A stretch of 37,228 bases of DNA from Octopus sinensis. Its lineage: Eukaryota. Both the position numbers and the translations under genes were made by a program. The notes under the pieces are model-generated. The model saw only the letters and a program-made list of their open reading frames with translations, was not told the DNA's origin and made no database searches. The stretch covers positions 1 through 37,228 of the forward strand of contig NW_021832285.1 in assembly GCF_006345805.1 (NCBI RefSeq). Reading direction: 5' to 3'. This document shows, piece after piece, positions 1 through 11,709 of the stretch; the first letter of the stretch is position 1, and every line of letters begins with the position of its first letter.

Positions 1-490
1 CCCCGCTCACCATCGAAATAAACTCTGCCACCACCACCACCACCATCACCGCCACCGCTGACGCTGACGCTGACGCTGACGCCGCCGCCGCCGCCGCTGA
101 CATTGACGCCACCTCCATCGCTACCACCACCACCACCACCACCGTCGCCACCGCCACCACCAGCAACACCACCACCACCACCGCCACCGCCGCCGACGCT
201 GACGCTGACGCTAACGCCGCCGCCGCCGCCGCCACCTCCATCGCTACCACCACCACCGCCACCACCGGCGCCACCACCACCACCACCACCTTCACCACCA
301 CCATCGACGCCGCCACCACCAGCAACACACCCACCACCAATTCCACCGCGGCCGCGCCTCCTCCATCGCTACCCACCCAACCCCACCGACACACCTTCAC
401 CACCACCGTCGCCGCCGCCACCACCACCACCCACACCGCCAACAACCACTCCATTACCGCCATCATCATATCATCATCATCATCATCATC
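1..490. repeat. Compound CCA/CCG/GAC/CAT trinucleotide microsatellite
   Basis: direct inspection; source of the poly-Pro ORF. Confidence 0.95.
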
Positions 491-614
491 GTCAAATTAT
501 CGTGTCGTAATCTACTTTCTCTCTTTCCTCTTCTAATTCTTTATCCATAATATTTCCTCTTCTGTCACAAATTTCTTCCGTACAAGTTCCTCTTCACTCA
601 GTTTTATGTTTCAG

Positions 615-686
615 GGAATTGGGTGATAACAACCTCAACGAAATCAAGACAGGAACATTGAAAAGTCTTCCAAGTTTAACAACTCT
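615..686 (+). CDS. LRR exon 1 (72 nt, phase 2-2): ELGDNNLNEIKTGTLKSLPSLTTL
   Basis: ttttatgtttcag acceptor, GTAAGT donor, 24-aa typical LRR consensus. Confidence 0.92.
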
Positions 687-726
687 GTAAGTTGAATCAG
701 TTTTTCTTTATAGTACTTCATTGATG

Positions 727-1108
727 GTGGAGGCGCAAAGGCCCAGTGGTTAGGGCAGCGGACTCGCGGTCATAGGATCGCGGTTTCGATTCCCAGACCG
801 GGCGCTGTGAGTGTTTATTGAGCGAAAACACCTAAAGCTCCACGAGGCTCCAGCAGGTGGTTGTGGTGATCCCTGCTGTACTCTTTCACCACAACCTTCT
901 CTCACTCTTACTTTCTGTTTCTGTTGTACCTGTATTTCAAGGGGCCGGCCTTGTCACTCTCTGTGTCACGCTGAATATCCCCGAGAACTACGTTAAGGGT
1001 ACACGTGTCTGTGGAGTGCTCAGCCACTTACACGTTAATTTCACGAGCAGGCTGTTCCGTTGATCGGATCAACCGGAACCCTCATCGTCGTAACCGACGG
1101 AGTGCTTC
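727..1108 (+). mobile_element. tRNA-like SINE family C
   Basis: A/B-box-like head (tggcccagtggttagg..ggtttcgattccc); TSD tacttcattgatg at 714-726 and 1109-1121; four copies in window. Confidence 0.9.
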
Positions 1109-1309
1109 TACTTCATTGATGACATATCTCTAAATATGTAATGCCTTCATCTCCTCCATTTGAAGCTCTCTCGCTTGCCTTTCTTTATAGTATTAAATGT
1201 TAAATGATTGCGTCTTCGCTATTGTTTATCTCAATGATATTTTGACAAAGAGCAAGTCAGTGGAGAGACACTTCGAAGGTATTGAAAAAGTATTCGGAAA
1301 AATAAATAG

Positions 1310-2139
1310 GTGTAGGAGTGGCTGTGTGGTAAGTAGCTTGGCGGCGAGCTGGCAGAAACGTTAGCACGCCGGGCGAAATGCGTAGCCGTATTTCGTCTGC
1401 CTTTACATTCTGAGTTCAAATTCCACCGAGGTCGACTTTGCCTTTCATCCTTTCGGGGTCGATTAAATAAGTACCAGTTACGTACTGGAGTCGATGTAAT
1501 CGATTTAATCCGTTTGTCTGTCCTTGTTTGTCCATTCTGTGTTTAGCCCCTTGTGGGCAGTAAAGAAAGAGGTAAGTAGCTTGCTTACCAACCACATGGT
1601 TCTGGGTTCAGTCCCACTGCGTGGAATCTTGGGTAAGTGTCTTCTAGTATAGCCTCGGGCCGACCAATGCCTTGTGAGTGGATTTGGTAGACGGAAACTG
1701 AAAGAAGCCCATCATATATATAGGCATAGGAGTGGCTGTGTTGTAAGCAGCTTGCTTACCAACCACATGGTTCTGGGTTCAGTCCCACTGCGTGGCATCT
1801 TGGGCAAGTGTCTTCCGCTATAGCCTCGGGCCGACCAATGCCTTGTGAGTGGATTTGGTAGACGGAAACTGAAAGAAGCCTGTCGTATATATGTGTATAT
1901 ATGTATATGTGTATGTGTATGTATATGTTTGTGTGTCTGTGTTTGTCCCCCTAGCATTGCTTGATAACCGATGCTGGTGTGTTTACGTCCCCGTCACTTA
2001 GCGGTTCGGCAAAAAGAGACCGATAGAATAAGTACTGGGCTTACAAAGAATAAGTCCCGGGGTCGAGTTTCTCGACTAAAGGCGGTGCTCCAGCATGGCC
2101 ACAGTCAAATGACCGTAACAAGTAAAAGAGTAAAAGAGA
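1310..2139 (+). mobile_element. Two tandem SINE family B copies; the first is truncated and interrupted by a SINE-A
   Basis: ggagtggctgtgtggtaagtagc head, ggttcagtcccac B-box-like motif, internal TA/TG microsatellite, aaaagag tail. Confidence 0.88.
1341..1570 (+). mobile_element. SINE family A nested in SINE-B
   Basis: 13-bp TSD ggtaagtagcttg at 1328-1340 and 1571-1583. Confidence 0.9.
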
Positions 2140-2140
2140 A

Positions 2141-2910
2141 TACAGGTTTAGATTAGCAGAGGCACAATGTGAATTTTTGATGAAATAAAATCAAACAGCT
2201 CGGTCAAGTAATCGACAAAAGGGGGCGAAACCAGACCCTTCAAGTGCGACGACAATACGGAATATGCTTTCCCTAATAAACGTCAAATTGTTACAAGCAT
2301 TTTTAGATTGGTAATCTACTATCGAGTATATATCTCAAACGTACACAACATAAGTGCTCCACTGAACGAGCTGTTAAAAACGGATACCAAATGGTTTGTG
2401 GAGGCGCAATGGCCCAGTGGTTAGGTGTTTCGCTCATAAACACACACATCACCCTGTCTGAGATTAGAACCTGCGATCCCTCGACCGCGAGTCCGCTGCT
2501 CTAACCACTAAGCCATGTGCCGCCGCATTATATATGGCATAAAAAATTCCGCAGCTTTATACATGTTGGATGGTGTAGACTACAAACAAACCATCACCCA
2601 TTGCTAACGAGTTTTGGATCCAAGAAAGGCATTCCAGTACATTCAGCAAATGGGTTGCAGCGATGAGGCACCATATTATTAAACTACGACTTTGCAATGG
2701 AATATTTACCTTCGAAAACGTTAGGACAAGTTGACGGCCTAAACAAGTTAATACCCAGAAATGGTGGACCATTTGAGGACGCAGTAATAGCATCCTTAAG
2801 AGCCGAAGGGGAAATTAAACACATAACGTGGAACATTGTACAAGTGTTATCAATAACTCTGTAGGAGACGAAGTGATACGCATCGAAAGTTAATTTTATT
2901 AATGGAAGGA
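2141..2910 (+). mobile_element. Degenerate Ty3/Gypsy pol fragment (RT C-terminus to RNase H), interrupted by SINE heads at 2398-2521
   Basis: frameshifted translation YRFRLAEAQCEFL..LGQVIDKRG..PDP..LLQAFL..APLNELLK..KKFRSF..TNHHPLL..GSKKGIP..LQR*GTILLNYDF. Confidence 0.85.
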
Positions 2911-3093
2911 AAAATCTTTGTGGTCACCTAGTGAGAAGGAGAAGATAGTCAAAGACTATATAATATACATTCAACAATATAAAGAATGGCCATAATAGGC
3001 CATTCGACTCACTAGACAGAGCAGCCAAACTCAAACCGCTAAATAGTTGTAATTCTGAAATTGAAAGAGAAATAAAAACATTTATCCTTTTCA

Positions 3094-3188
3094 TCTCTGG
3101 ACTATGCATTGTTTCGACAAACTTTCGTAAACAAATTAATTAAATTAAATTAAATTTATTTACAACTGGCGTGTCTCATCAGCAGAGA
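3094..3188 (-). ncRNA. Type I minimal hammerhead ribozyme, Penelope-like-element style
   Basis: minus strand reads UCUCUG-CUGAUGA-GACA[long AT-rich hairpin]UGUC-GAAA-C-AAUGCAUA-G-UC-CAGAGA: intact core, 6-bp stem I, GUC cleavage triplet, palindromic loop 3. Confidence 0.8.
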
Positions 3189-3656
3189 ATCCGAGGACGA
3201 GTAATGGTTTTATTTCTCTTTCAATTTCAGAATTACAACTATTTAGCGGTTTGAGTTTGGCTGCTCTTTCTAGTGAGTTGAATGGCCTATTATGGCCATT
3301 CCTTATATTTTCTTTAGGTGACCACAAAGATTTTTTCGCCCCCTGTTTGATTTTTTTCATCAAAAATTCACATTTTTCCTCTGCTAATCTAAACCCGTAT
3401 TCTCTTTTACTTTTTCTCTTTTACTCTTTTACTTGTTTCAGTCATTTGACTGTGGCCATGCTGGAGGACCGCCTTTAGTCGAGCCCAGTACTTATTCTAT
3501 CGGTCTCTTTTTGCCGAACCGCTAAGTTATAGGTTCGGTAAGAAAAAAAACACACCAACAGATAAACATATGGAACATGCGACTGCGTACTGATGTATGC
3601 CCAAAAGGTAATGATATTGGAGACACTATAAAAAAGAATTTTGAAAGAATTCCACA

Positions 3657-3930
3657 TAGGCGTGGGAGTGACTATGTGGTAAGTAGCTTGCTTACCAACC
3701 ACATGGTTCCGGGTTCAGTTCCACAGTGTGGCACCTTGGGCAAGTGTCTTCTACTAAAGCCTCTAGCCGACTAAAGCCTTGTGAGTGCGTAACTGGTACT
3801 TATATAATCGACCCCGAAAGGATGAAAGGCAAAGTCGTCCTCGGCGGATATTTGAACCCAGAACGTAACGGCAGACGAAATTCGGCTAAACATTTCGCCC
3901 GGCGTGCTAACGGTTCTGCCAGTTCGCCAC
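3657..3930. mobile_element. SINE-B head (+, 3657-3786) fused to SINE-A 5' part (-, 3787-3930)
   Basis: similarity to other copies in the window. Confidence 0.8.
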
Positions 3931-4064
3931 CTTTTCATCATTATCATCATCATCATCGTAATCTCTCTATGTCTTCAATCATCCAGTTGTTTAGCCATAA
4001 TATTTAATGTTCAGTCACAGATCTGTTCCATAGAAGTTGTTCTTAACTCAATTTTATGTTGCAG

Positions 4065-4136
4065 GTCATTGTGGGGGAATGCTATCAAAGAAATCAGTGC
4101 AGAAACCTTCCAAAATCTTAAAAGTTTATCAACTCT
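4065..4136 (+). CDS. LRR exon 2: SLWGNAIKEISAETFQNLKSLSTL
   Basis: ttttatgttgcag acceptor, GTAAGT donor, 72 nt, LRR consensus. Confidence 0.93.
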
Positions 4137-4194
4137 GTAAGTCGAATCAGTCTTGTTTATGGTATATCATTCACGACAGATTTCTAAATATTCG

Positions 4195-4195
4195 T

Positions 4196-4226
<31 letters not shown>

Positions 4227-4318
4227 TTCATCATCATCATCATCATCATAATCATCATCATCATCAAATTATCATCATCATCATCATCATCATTAAATTC
4301 ATCATCATCATCATCAAA

Positions 4319-4349
<31 letters not shown>

Positions 4350-4612
4350 ACATCATCATCATCATCATCATCATCATTATCATCATCATCATCATCAAAT
4401 TCATCATCATCATCATCATCATAATCATCATCATCATCAAATTCATCATCATCATCATCATCATCATTAAATTCATCATCATCATCATCAAATTCATCAT
4501 CATCATCATCATCATCATTAAATTCATCATCATCATCATCATCATCATTAAATTCATCATCATCATCATCATCATCATCAAATTCATCATCATCATCATC
4601 ATCATCATTAAA

Positions 4613-4657
<45 letters not shown>

Positions 4658-4715
4658 TTCATCATCATCATCATCATCATCATCATTAAATTCATCATCA
4701 TCATCATCATCAAAT

Positions 4716-4746
<31 letters not shown>

Positions 4747-4770
4747 CCTCATCATCAAATTCATCATCAG
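4195..4770. repeat. (CAT)n microsatellite punctuated periodically by AAATT
   Basis: direct inspection. Confidence 0.95.
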
Positions 4771-4884
4771 CCTTCATCTACAATCCGTCTATTCCATCAT
4801 CTAATCGTTTAGCCGTAATATTTAGAATTCTGTCACAGAATTCTGTTCGTTAAAAGTTGTCTTTCACTCAATTTTATGTTCCAG

Positions 4885-4956
4885 GAATTTGCGGAATAAT
4901 ATTATCGCGGAGATCAAACCAGACACCTTCCAAAGTCTTTCCAGATTAAAGATTCT
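4885..4956 (+). CDS. LRR exon 3: NLRNNIIAEIKPDTFQSLSRLKIL
   Basis: ttttatgttccag acceptor, GTAAGT donor, 72 nt, LRR consensus. Confidence 0.93.
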
Positions 4957-5104
4957 GTAAGTTGAATCAGCTTTTTTTTTTCAAAGGTTTCTCATTCACG
5001 ATAGATTTCCAAATATGTAATGACTTTATTTTAAGATCTGTCACACTTCTTGGCCTATGGCTATTCGTCTCACACCCGAGCTATTTAATTGGCCAACATT
5101 GACG

Positions 5105-5124
5105 CCATCATCATAATAACCACC

Positions 5125-5158
<34 letters not shown>

Positions 5159-5164
5159 TCATCG

Positions 5165-5198
<34 letters not shown>

Positions 5199-5363
5199 AC
5201 TTCACCACCACCACCACCATCATCATCACCATCATCATCGTCATCATCATTATCATCATCGTCATCATACTTCACCACCACCACCACCACCACCACCATC
5301 ACTATCATCATCATCATCGTCATCATCATCGTCATCATACTTCACCACCACCACCAGCACCAC

Positions 5364-5395
<32 letters not shown>

Positions 5396-5515
5396 CCATT
5401 ATCATCATCGTCATCGTCATCGTCATCGTCATCATCATCATACACCACCACCACCACCACCACCACCACCAAAACCATCACCACCACCACCACTACCACC
5501 AAAACCATCACCACC

Positions 5516-5549
<34 letters not shown>

Positions 5550-5570
5550 TCAATCATCATCATCATCATC
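5105..5570. repeat. Compound CAT/CAC microsatellite
   Basis: direct inspection. Confidence 0.95.
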
Positions 5571-5835
5571 ATCATCATCTTTATCGTCCTTATTTGTTAT
5601 CTTTTTCATTCCATCATCAACATCGTCCATCGCCATAAAACACCCCGACCAGATGAACAATCTTCAACGTAATCATCATCATCATCATCATCGTCGACAG
5701 AAACTTGAATATCCTCAAAGGCACACCCATCATCACTATATACACGCTAAGCCCCGTGATTATAGCAATATTCTCCTTTTACTACACCCCCCACCATCAT
5801 CAGAGACATAGTATAACTGTCATCAGTGCTACTAC

Positions 5836-7355
5836 CTATTTCTTTACTACCCACAAGGGGCTGAACACAGAGGGGACAAACAAGGACAGACACACGAATT
5901 AAGTCGATTGTATCGACCCCAGTGCGTAACTGGTACTTAATTTATCGACCCCGAAAAGATGAAAGGCAAAGTCGACCTCGGCGGAATTTGAACTCAGAAC
6001 GCAACGGCAGAAGAAATACCTATTCTTTACTACCCACAAGAGGCTAAACACAGAGAGGACAAACAAGGACAGACACACGAATTAAGTCGATTGTATCGAC
6101 CCCAGTGCGTAACTGGTACTTATTTAATCGACCCCGAAAGGATGAAAGGCAAAGTCGACCTCGGCGGAATTTGAACTCAGAACGCAGCGGCAGAGGAAAT
6201 ACCTGTTTCTTTACTACCCACAAGAGGCTAAACACAGAGAGGACAAACAAGGACAGACACACGAATTAAGTCGATTGTATCGACCCCAGTGGGTAACTGG
6301 TACTTAATTTATTGACCCCAAAAGGATGAAAGGCAAAGTCGACCTCGGCGGAATTTGAACTCAGAACGCAACGGCAGAGGAAATACCTGTTTCTTTACTA
6401 CCCACAAGAGGCTAAACACAGAGAGGACAACCAAGGACAGACACACGAATTAAGTCGATTGTATCGACCCCAGTGGGTAACTGGTACTTAATTTATTGAC
6501 CCCAAAAGTATGAAAGGCAAAGTCGACCTCGGCGGAATTTGAACTCAGAACGCAACGGCAGACGAAATACCTGTTTCCTTATTACCCACAAGGGGCTAAA
6601 CACAGAGAGGACGAACAAGGACAGACACACGAATTAAGTCGATTGTATCGACCCTAGTGCGTAACTGGTACTTAATTTATTGACCCCAAAAGTATGAAAG
6701 GCAAAGTCGACCTCGGCGGAATTTGAACTCAGAACGTAACGGCAGACGAAATACCTGTTTCTTTACTACCCACAAGGGGCTAAACATAGAAGGGACAAAC
6801 AAGGACAGACAAACCGATTAAGTCGATTACATCGATCCCAGTGCGTAACTGGTACTTAATTTATCGACCCCGAAAGGATGAAAGGCAAAGTCGACCATGG
6901 CGGAATTTGAACTCAGAACGTAGCGGCAGACGAAATACCTATTTCTTTACTACCCACAAGAGGCTAAACACAGAGAGGACGAACAAGGACAGACACACGA
7001 ATTAAGTCGATTGTATCGACCCCAATGCGTACCTGGTACTTATTTAATCGAACCCGAAAGTATGAAAGGCAAAGTCGACCTCGGCGGAATTTGAACTCAG
7101 AACGTAACGGCAGACGAAATACCTATTTCTTTACTACCCACAACGGGCTAAACAGAGAGAGGACGAACAAGGACAGACACACGAATTAAGTCGATTTTAT
7201 CGACCCCAGTGCGTAACTGGTACTTATTTAATCGACCCCGAAAGGATGAAAGGCAAAGTCGACCTCGGCGGAATTTGAACTCAGAACGTAACGGCAGACG
7301 AAATACCGCTAAGCATTTCGCCCGGCGTGCTAACGTTTCTGCCAGCTCACCGCCT
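5836..7355 (-). mobile_element. SINE-A tandem array: one head + 8 bodies of ~184 bp
   Basis: junctions at 5833, 6017, 6200, 6384, 6568, 6752, 6936, 7120, 7304; one flanking TSD tcatcagtgctactac (5820-5835) / tcatcaatgcttctac (7356-7371). Confidence 0.92.
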
Positions 7356-7518
7356 TCATCAATGCTTCTACTGTATATATCCTCTTCCGCCTCACCATTG
7401 AATTCATCCCTAACACAGTCATCAGTATTACGACCATCATCATCATCAAATACATCATCTTAATTTACTTTTCTTCTCTTCCATCATCTAATTGTTCAGC
7501 CATAATATTTAATATTCC

Positions 7519-7896
7519 GTGGTGGAGGCGCGATGGCCCAGTGGTTAGGGCAGCGGACTCGCGGTTTCGATTCCCAGACCGGGCGTTGTGTTTATTGAGC
7601 GAAAACACCCAAAGCTCCACGAGGCTCCGGCAGGGGATGGTGGTGATCCCTGCTGTACTCTTTCACCACAACCTTCTCTCGCTCTTACTTCCTGTTTCTG
7701 TTGTACCTGTATTTCAAGGGGCCGGCCTTGTCACTCTCTCTGTGTCACGCTGAATATCCCCGAGAACTATGTTAAGGGTACACGTGTCTGTGGAGTGCTC
7801 AGCCACTTACACGTTAATTTCACGAGCAGGCTGTTCCGTTGATCGGATCAACCGGAACCCTCATCGTCGTAACCGACGGAGTGCTTCCTCCTCCTC
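7519..7896 (+). mobile_element. SINE family C
   Basis: TSD ttaatattcc at 7509-7518 and 7897-7906; inserted in the conserved upstream flank of LRR exon 4. Confidence 0.9.
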
Positions 7897-7957
7897 TTAA
7901 TATTCCATCACAAATCTGTCCCATACAAGTTCATCTTAGCTCAGTTTTATTTTACAG

Positions 7958-8029
7958 GAATTTGGGTGGTAACAATATCAAAGAAATCAAAACAGGAACC
8001 TTCCAGCATCTTACTCGTTTAATATATCT
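7958..8029 (+). CDS. LRR exon 4: NLGGNNIKEIKTGTFQHLTRLIYL
   Basis: ttttattttacag acceptor, GTAAGT donor, 72 nt, LRR consensus. Confidence 0.93.
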
Positions 8030-8108
8030 GTAAGTTGAATCAGTCTTGTTTATAATATTTCATTCACGATAATTTTCTAAATATGTAATATTTTCCCGTA
8101 CTTCATTT

Positions 8109-8745
8109 TTGTTCCTTCTCGAGCCATCCCTGGCTCATAAAGGCCGGTTTCCCGGTTTCCTTGGTGTATAGGTTCCCCACCTGGACAGGACGCCGGTCCG
8201 TCGCAGGTGAGCTGCAAGATGCAGGAGGCAAGAGTGAGAGAAAGTTGTGACAAAAGAGTCAGCAGAAGTTCACCATTACCTTCTGCCGGAGCCACGTGGA
8301 GCTTAGGTGTTTAGCTCATAAATACACACATTACCCGGTCTGAGATTCGAAACCGCGATCCCTCGACCGCGAGTCCGCTGCTCTAACCACTAGGCCATGT
8401 GCCTCCACACACACACACACACACACACACCCACATACATGTTGTTTTTTGTTCCTTCTCGAGCCATCCCTGGCTCATAAAGGCCGGTTTCCCGGTTTCC
8501 TTGGTGTATAGGTTCCCCACCTGGACAGGACGCCGGTCCGTCGCAGGTGAGCTGCAAGATGCAAGAGGAAAGAGTGAGAGAAAGTTGTGACAAAAGAGTC
8601 AGCAGAAGTTCACCATTACCTTCTGCCGGAGCCGCGTGGAGCTTAGGTGTTTCGCTCATAAATACACACATCACCCGGTCTGAGATTCGAAACCGCGATC
8701 CCTCGACCGCGAGTCTGCTGCTCTAACCACTAGGTCATGTGCCTC

Positions 8746-8776
<31 letters not shown>

Positions 8777-9067
8777 GTTGTTTGTTGTTCCTTTTCGAGC
8801 CATCCCTGGCTCATAAGGGCCGGTTTCCCGGTTTCCTTGGTGTATAGGTTCCTCACCTGTCCGTCGCAGGTTAGCTGCAAGATGCAGGAGGAAAGAGTGA
8901 GAGAAAGTTGAGGCGAAAGAGTCAACAGAAGTTCGCTATTACCTTCTGCCGGAGCCGCGTGGAGCTTAGTTGTTTCGCTCATAAATAAACACATCACCCG
9001 GTCTGAGATTCGAACCCGTGATTCCTCGACTGCGAGTCCGCTGCCCTAACCACTCGGCCATATGCCT
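8109..9067 (-). mobile_element. Three tandem SINE family D copies (C-related head) separated by (CA)n
   Basis: three ~300-bp copies each with its own head; one TSD ccgtacttcattt at 8096-8108 and 9068-9080. Confidence 0.88.
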
Positions 9068-9175
9068 CCGTACTTCATTTGTTCCCTCACCAGTTTCACT
9101 CTATACAATTACTCTCTCACTCTCTCTCAAGTGTGTGTGTTTTTGATCCTGAATGTCTGTGAATATGAGTGTAGG

Positions 9176-9478
9176 ACCCCGAAAGGATGAAAGGCAAAGT
9201 CGACCGCGGTGGAATTTGAACTCAGAACGTAATGGCAGACGAAATACCTATTTCTTTACTACCCACAAGGGGTTAAACATAGAGGGGACAAACAAGGACA
9301 GACAAAGGAATTAAGTCGATTACATCAACCCCAGTGCTAACTGGTACTTAATTTATCGACCCCGAAAGGATGAAAAGCAAAGTCGATCTCGGCGGAATTT
9401 GAACTCAGAACGTAACGGCAGATGAAATACGGCTACGCATTTCGCCCGGCGTGCTAACGTTTCTGCCAGCTCGCCGCC
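9176..9478 (-). mobile_element. SINE-A, head + body + partial second body
   Basis: similarity to other copies. Confidence 0.85.
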
Positions 9479-9627
9479 TTAATTTTCATCATTATCTTCA
9501 TCATATTCATCATACTCGTAATCTTCTTTCCCTCTCTTCCACAATCTAATTGTTTAGCCATGATATTTAATATTCAGTCACACATCTGTTCCATAAAAGT
9601 TCTTCTTAATTTAATTTTATGTTGCAG

Positions 9628-9699
9628 GTCAATTTGGGGTAATTATATCACAGAACTCAACGCAGAAACATTCCGAAACCTTTCCAGTTTATCAGATAT
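9628..9699 (+). CDS. LRR exon 5: SIWGNYITELNAETFRNLSSLSDI
   Basis: ttttatgttgcag acceptor, GTAAGT donor, 72 nt, LRR consensus. Confidence 0.92.
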
Positions 9700-9931
9700 G
9701 TAAGTTGAATAGGTCACTCATGGAGTCAGCCTAATTCGAAAATGGTATAATTTATTGGGTTACGGCTTTTAGGAGTAAAGTTGAAAAGGCGTGACACTCT
9801 GACACACAGACATTCTTATTTGTTATATTGTAGATAGATTTCTAAGTGTGTAATACCTTCCTATATTCCCTTTTGAGCTTTCTCACCAGTTTTTCTCTAT
9901 AATTTCACTCTCTCTGTCTCTGTCTGTCTGA

Positions 9932-9992
<61 letters not shown>

Positions 9993-10124
9993 CAAAACAT
10001 GCTTGTGTTATTGTTTGCGAATATCCGTGAATGTGAGTGTAGGGTCATTAACGAGAGTTGGGATATATGAAAGTGTTATAACTGGAGAGAAACATTTGGT
10101 GCATACATGTCTTATATATATATA

Positions 10125-10310
10125 GGCGCTGGAGTGGGAGTGTCTGTGTAGTAAGAAGCTTGCTTCCCAACCACATGGTTCCGGGTTCAGTTCCACTGCG
10201 TGGTACCTTGGGCATGTGTCTTCTGCTATAGCTTCGGGCCGACCAAAGCCTTGTGAGTGGTTTTGGTAGACAGAAACTGAAAGAAGCCCGTCGTGTATAT
10301 ATATATATAT
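10125..10310 (+). mobile_element. SINE-B 5' half
   Basis: head, B-box-like motif, ends in (TA)n. Confidence 0.82.
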
Positions 10311-10350
10311 ATATACTCTATTTAACTCTATTTATTTAACTATTATCATT

Positions 10351-10450
10351 AACCTGAAGATTGACTATAATTTTGAATCGAATTTATTTCAATTGAATTT
10401 AAAATTAATTGTAATTCGAATTTAATTGTAGCCATGAAACGTATGTAGTT
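10351..10450 (+). ncRNA. Degenerate hammerhead-like motif (Penelope-type relic)
   Basis: aac-CTGAAGA-ttgactataatt..aattgtagccat-GAAA-C-gtat-G-TA-gtt; stems partly mismatched. Confidence 0.45.
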
Positions 10451-11005
10451 TTTTACTTATTATATTATATAGTGATCATTCATTTTTATACTTTTTGAGA
10501 TCCAGTTATAAGTTTTATGTTTTATAAAAATATATATTATTTGTTATTTATGTTTTAGTTTATGTCTATCACTGTTTGGGTTGCATAATAGTGGTTTTAT
10601 CTCTAATTTATATATATATATATTATATATATATATATAATATATATATTATATATATATATATGTATAGATATATATATTATATATATATGTATATATA
10701 TATATATGTATAGATATATATATATATACTGGTTTTTAAGCTAGTATACAACTTGTAAGCAACTGACCCTGGACAGGAAGATCTGTAAACAGATTTCTGA
10801 CTTGTTTTGGAGAATATGTTGCTGTTGCTTTTTCCAGAGTCATATCCCCATGGTGATCATATTCGTCGCAGAAATCATGGAAAAAAAATCGCCGAATACA
10901 ATCGCAGGAATAAAAACATAGGAATCCAAAATTTTAGGATTGCAGTTCCGGATTCGGCCCGGAATCACTCATGATTTATTTTTCTTGCAATGGTGTCACT
11001 GTATT

Positions 11006-11419
11006 TATTTCTTTATTGCTCACAAGGGGCTAAACACAGAGGGGACAAACAAGGTCAGGTAAACGGATTAAGTCGATTATATCGACCCCCAGTGCACAAC
11101 TGGTACTTAATTTATAGACACCGAAAGGATGAAAGGCAAAGTCGACCTCGGCGGAATTTGAACTCAGAACGTAACGGCAGACGAAATACCTATTTCTTTA
11201 CTGCCCACAAGGGGCTAAACACAGAGGGGACAAACAAGGACAGACAAACGGATTAAGCCGATTATATCAACCCCAGTGCACAACTGGTACTTATTTAATC
11301 GACCCCGAAAGGATGAAAGGCAAAGTCGACCTCGGCGGAATTTGAACTCAGAACGTAACGGCAGACGAAATACCGCTAAGCATTTCGCCCTGCATACTAA
11401 TGATTGTGCCAGCTCACCG
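11006..11419 (-). mobile_element. SINE-A dimer (head + 2 bodies)
   Basis: body junction aaatag|gtatttcg. Confidence 0.88.
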
Positions 11420-11709
11420 CTCTTTGTTGCCATCATATTGCCACTGGAGTAGATATGGAATGTAATATTTGTACAGTAGATGAGAATATTACGTAAAATC
11501 CATATTGTGCACACAACCAAGTCTCGTTGTAATTCTTACGGCTTATCTTCCATCTTTTGGTACCCGGGTATCATATAAGACTTTTGCTTTCCTTAGGATG
11601 GTAACTACTCCTGTCCAATCTATGCAGACAGAAAAATCATAGAGAAATAAATAACTTTACTGTGAACACGAGCATTTATTCGGTTAGTTTAGACAATATT
11701 AGTTAATTT

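Larger units (their letters stand above)
1997..3527. repeat. Imperfect inverted duplication; left arm ~1997-3079, right arm 3209-3527 with internal deletions
   Basis: 2979-3079 is the near reverse complement of 3209-3309; 2910-2928 of 3318-3336; 2141-2194 of 3344-3399; the SINE-B tail junction is mirrored. Confidence 0.85.

Noticed and set aside
2143-3397. TA-flanked long-TIR MITE
   Set aside because: The apparent TIR translates as Gypsy RT (YGFRLAEEKCEFL) and the symmetry extends beyond the TA into SINE-B tails, so it is an inverted duplication.
5836-7355. CRISPR-like or satellite-gene reading of the regular arrays
   Set aside because: Units are whole SINE bodies with no unique spacers; the context is eukaryotic with no cas genes.
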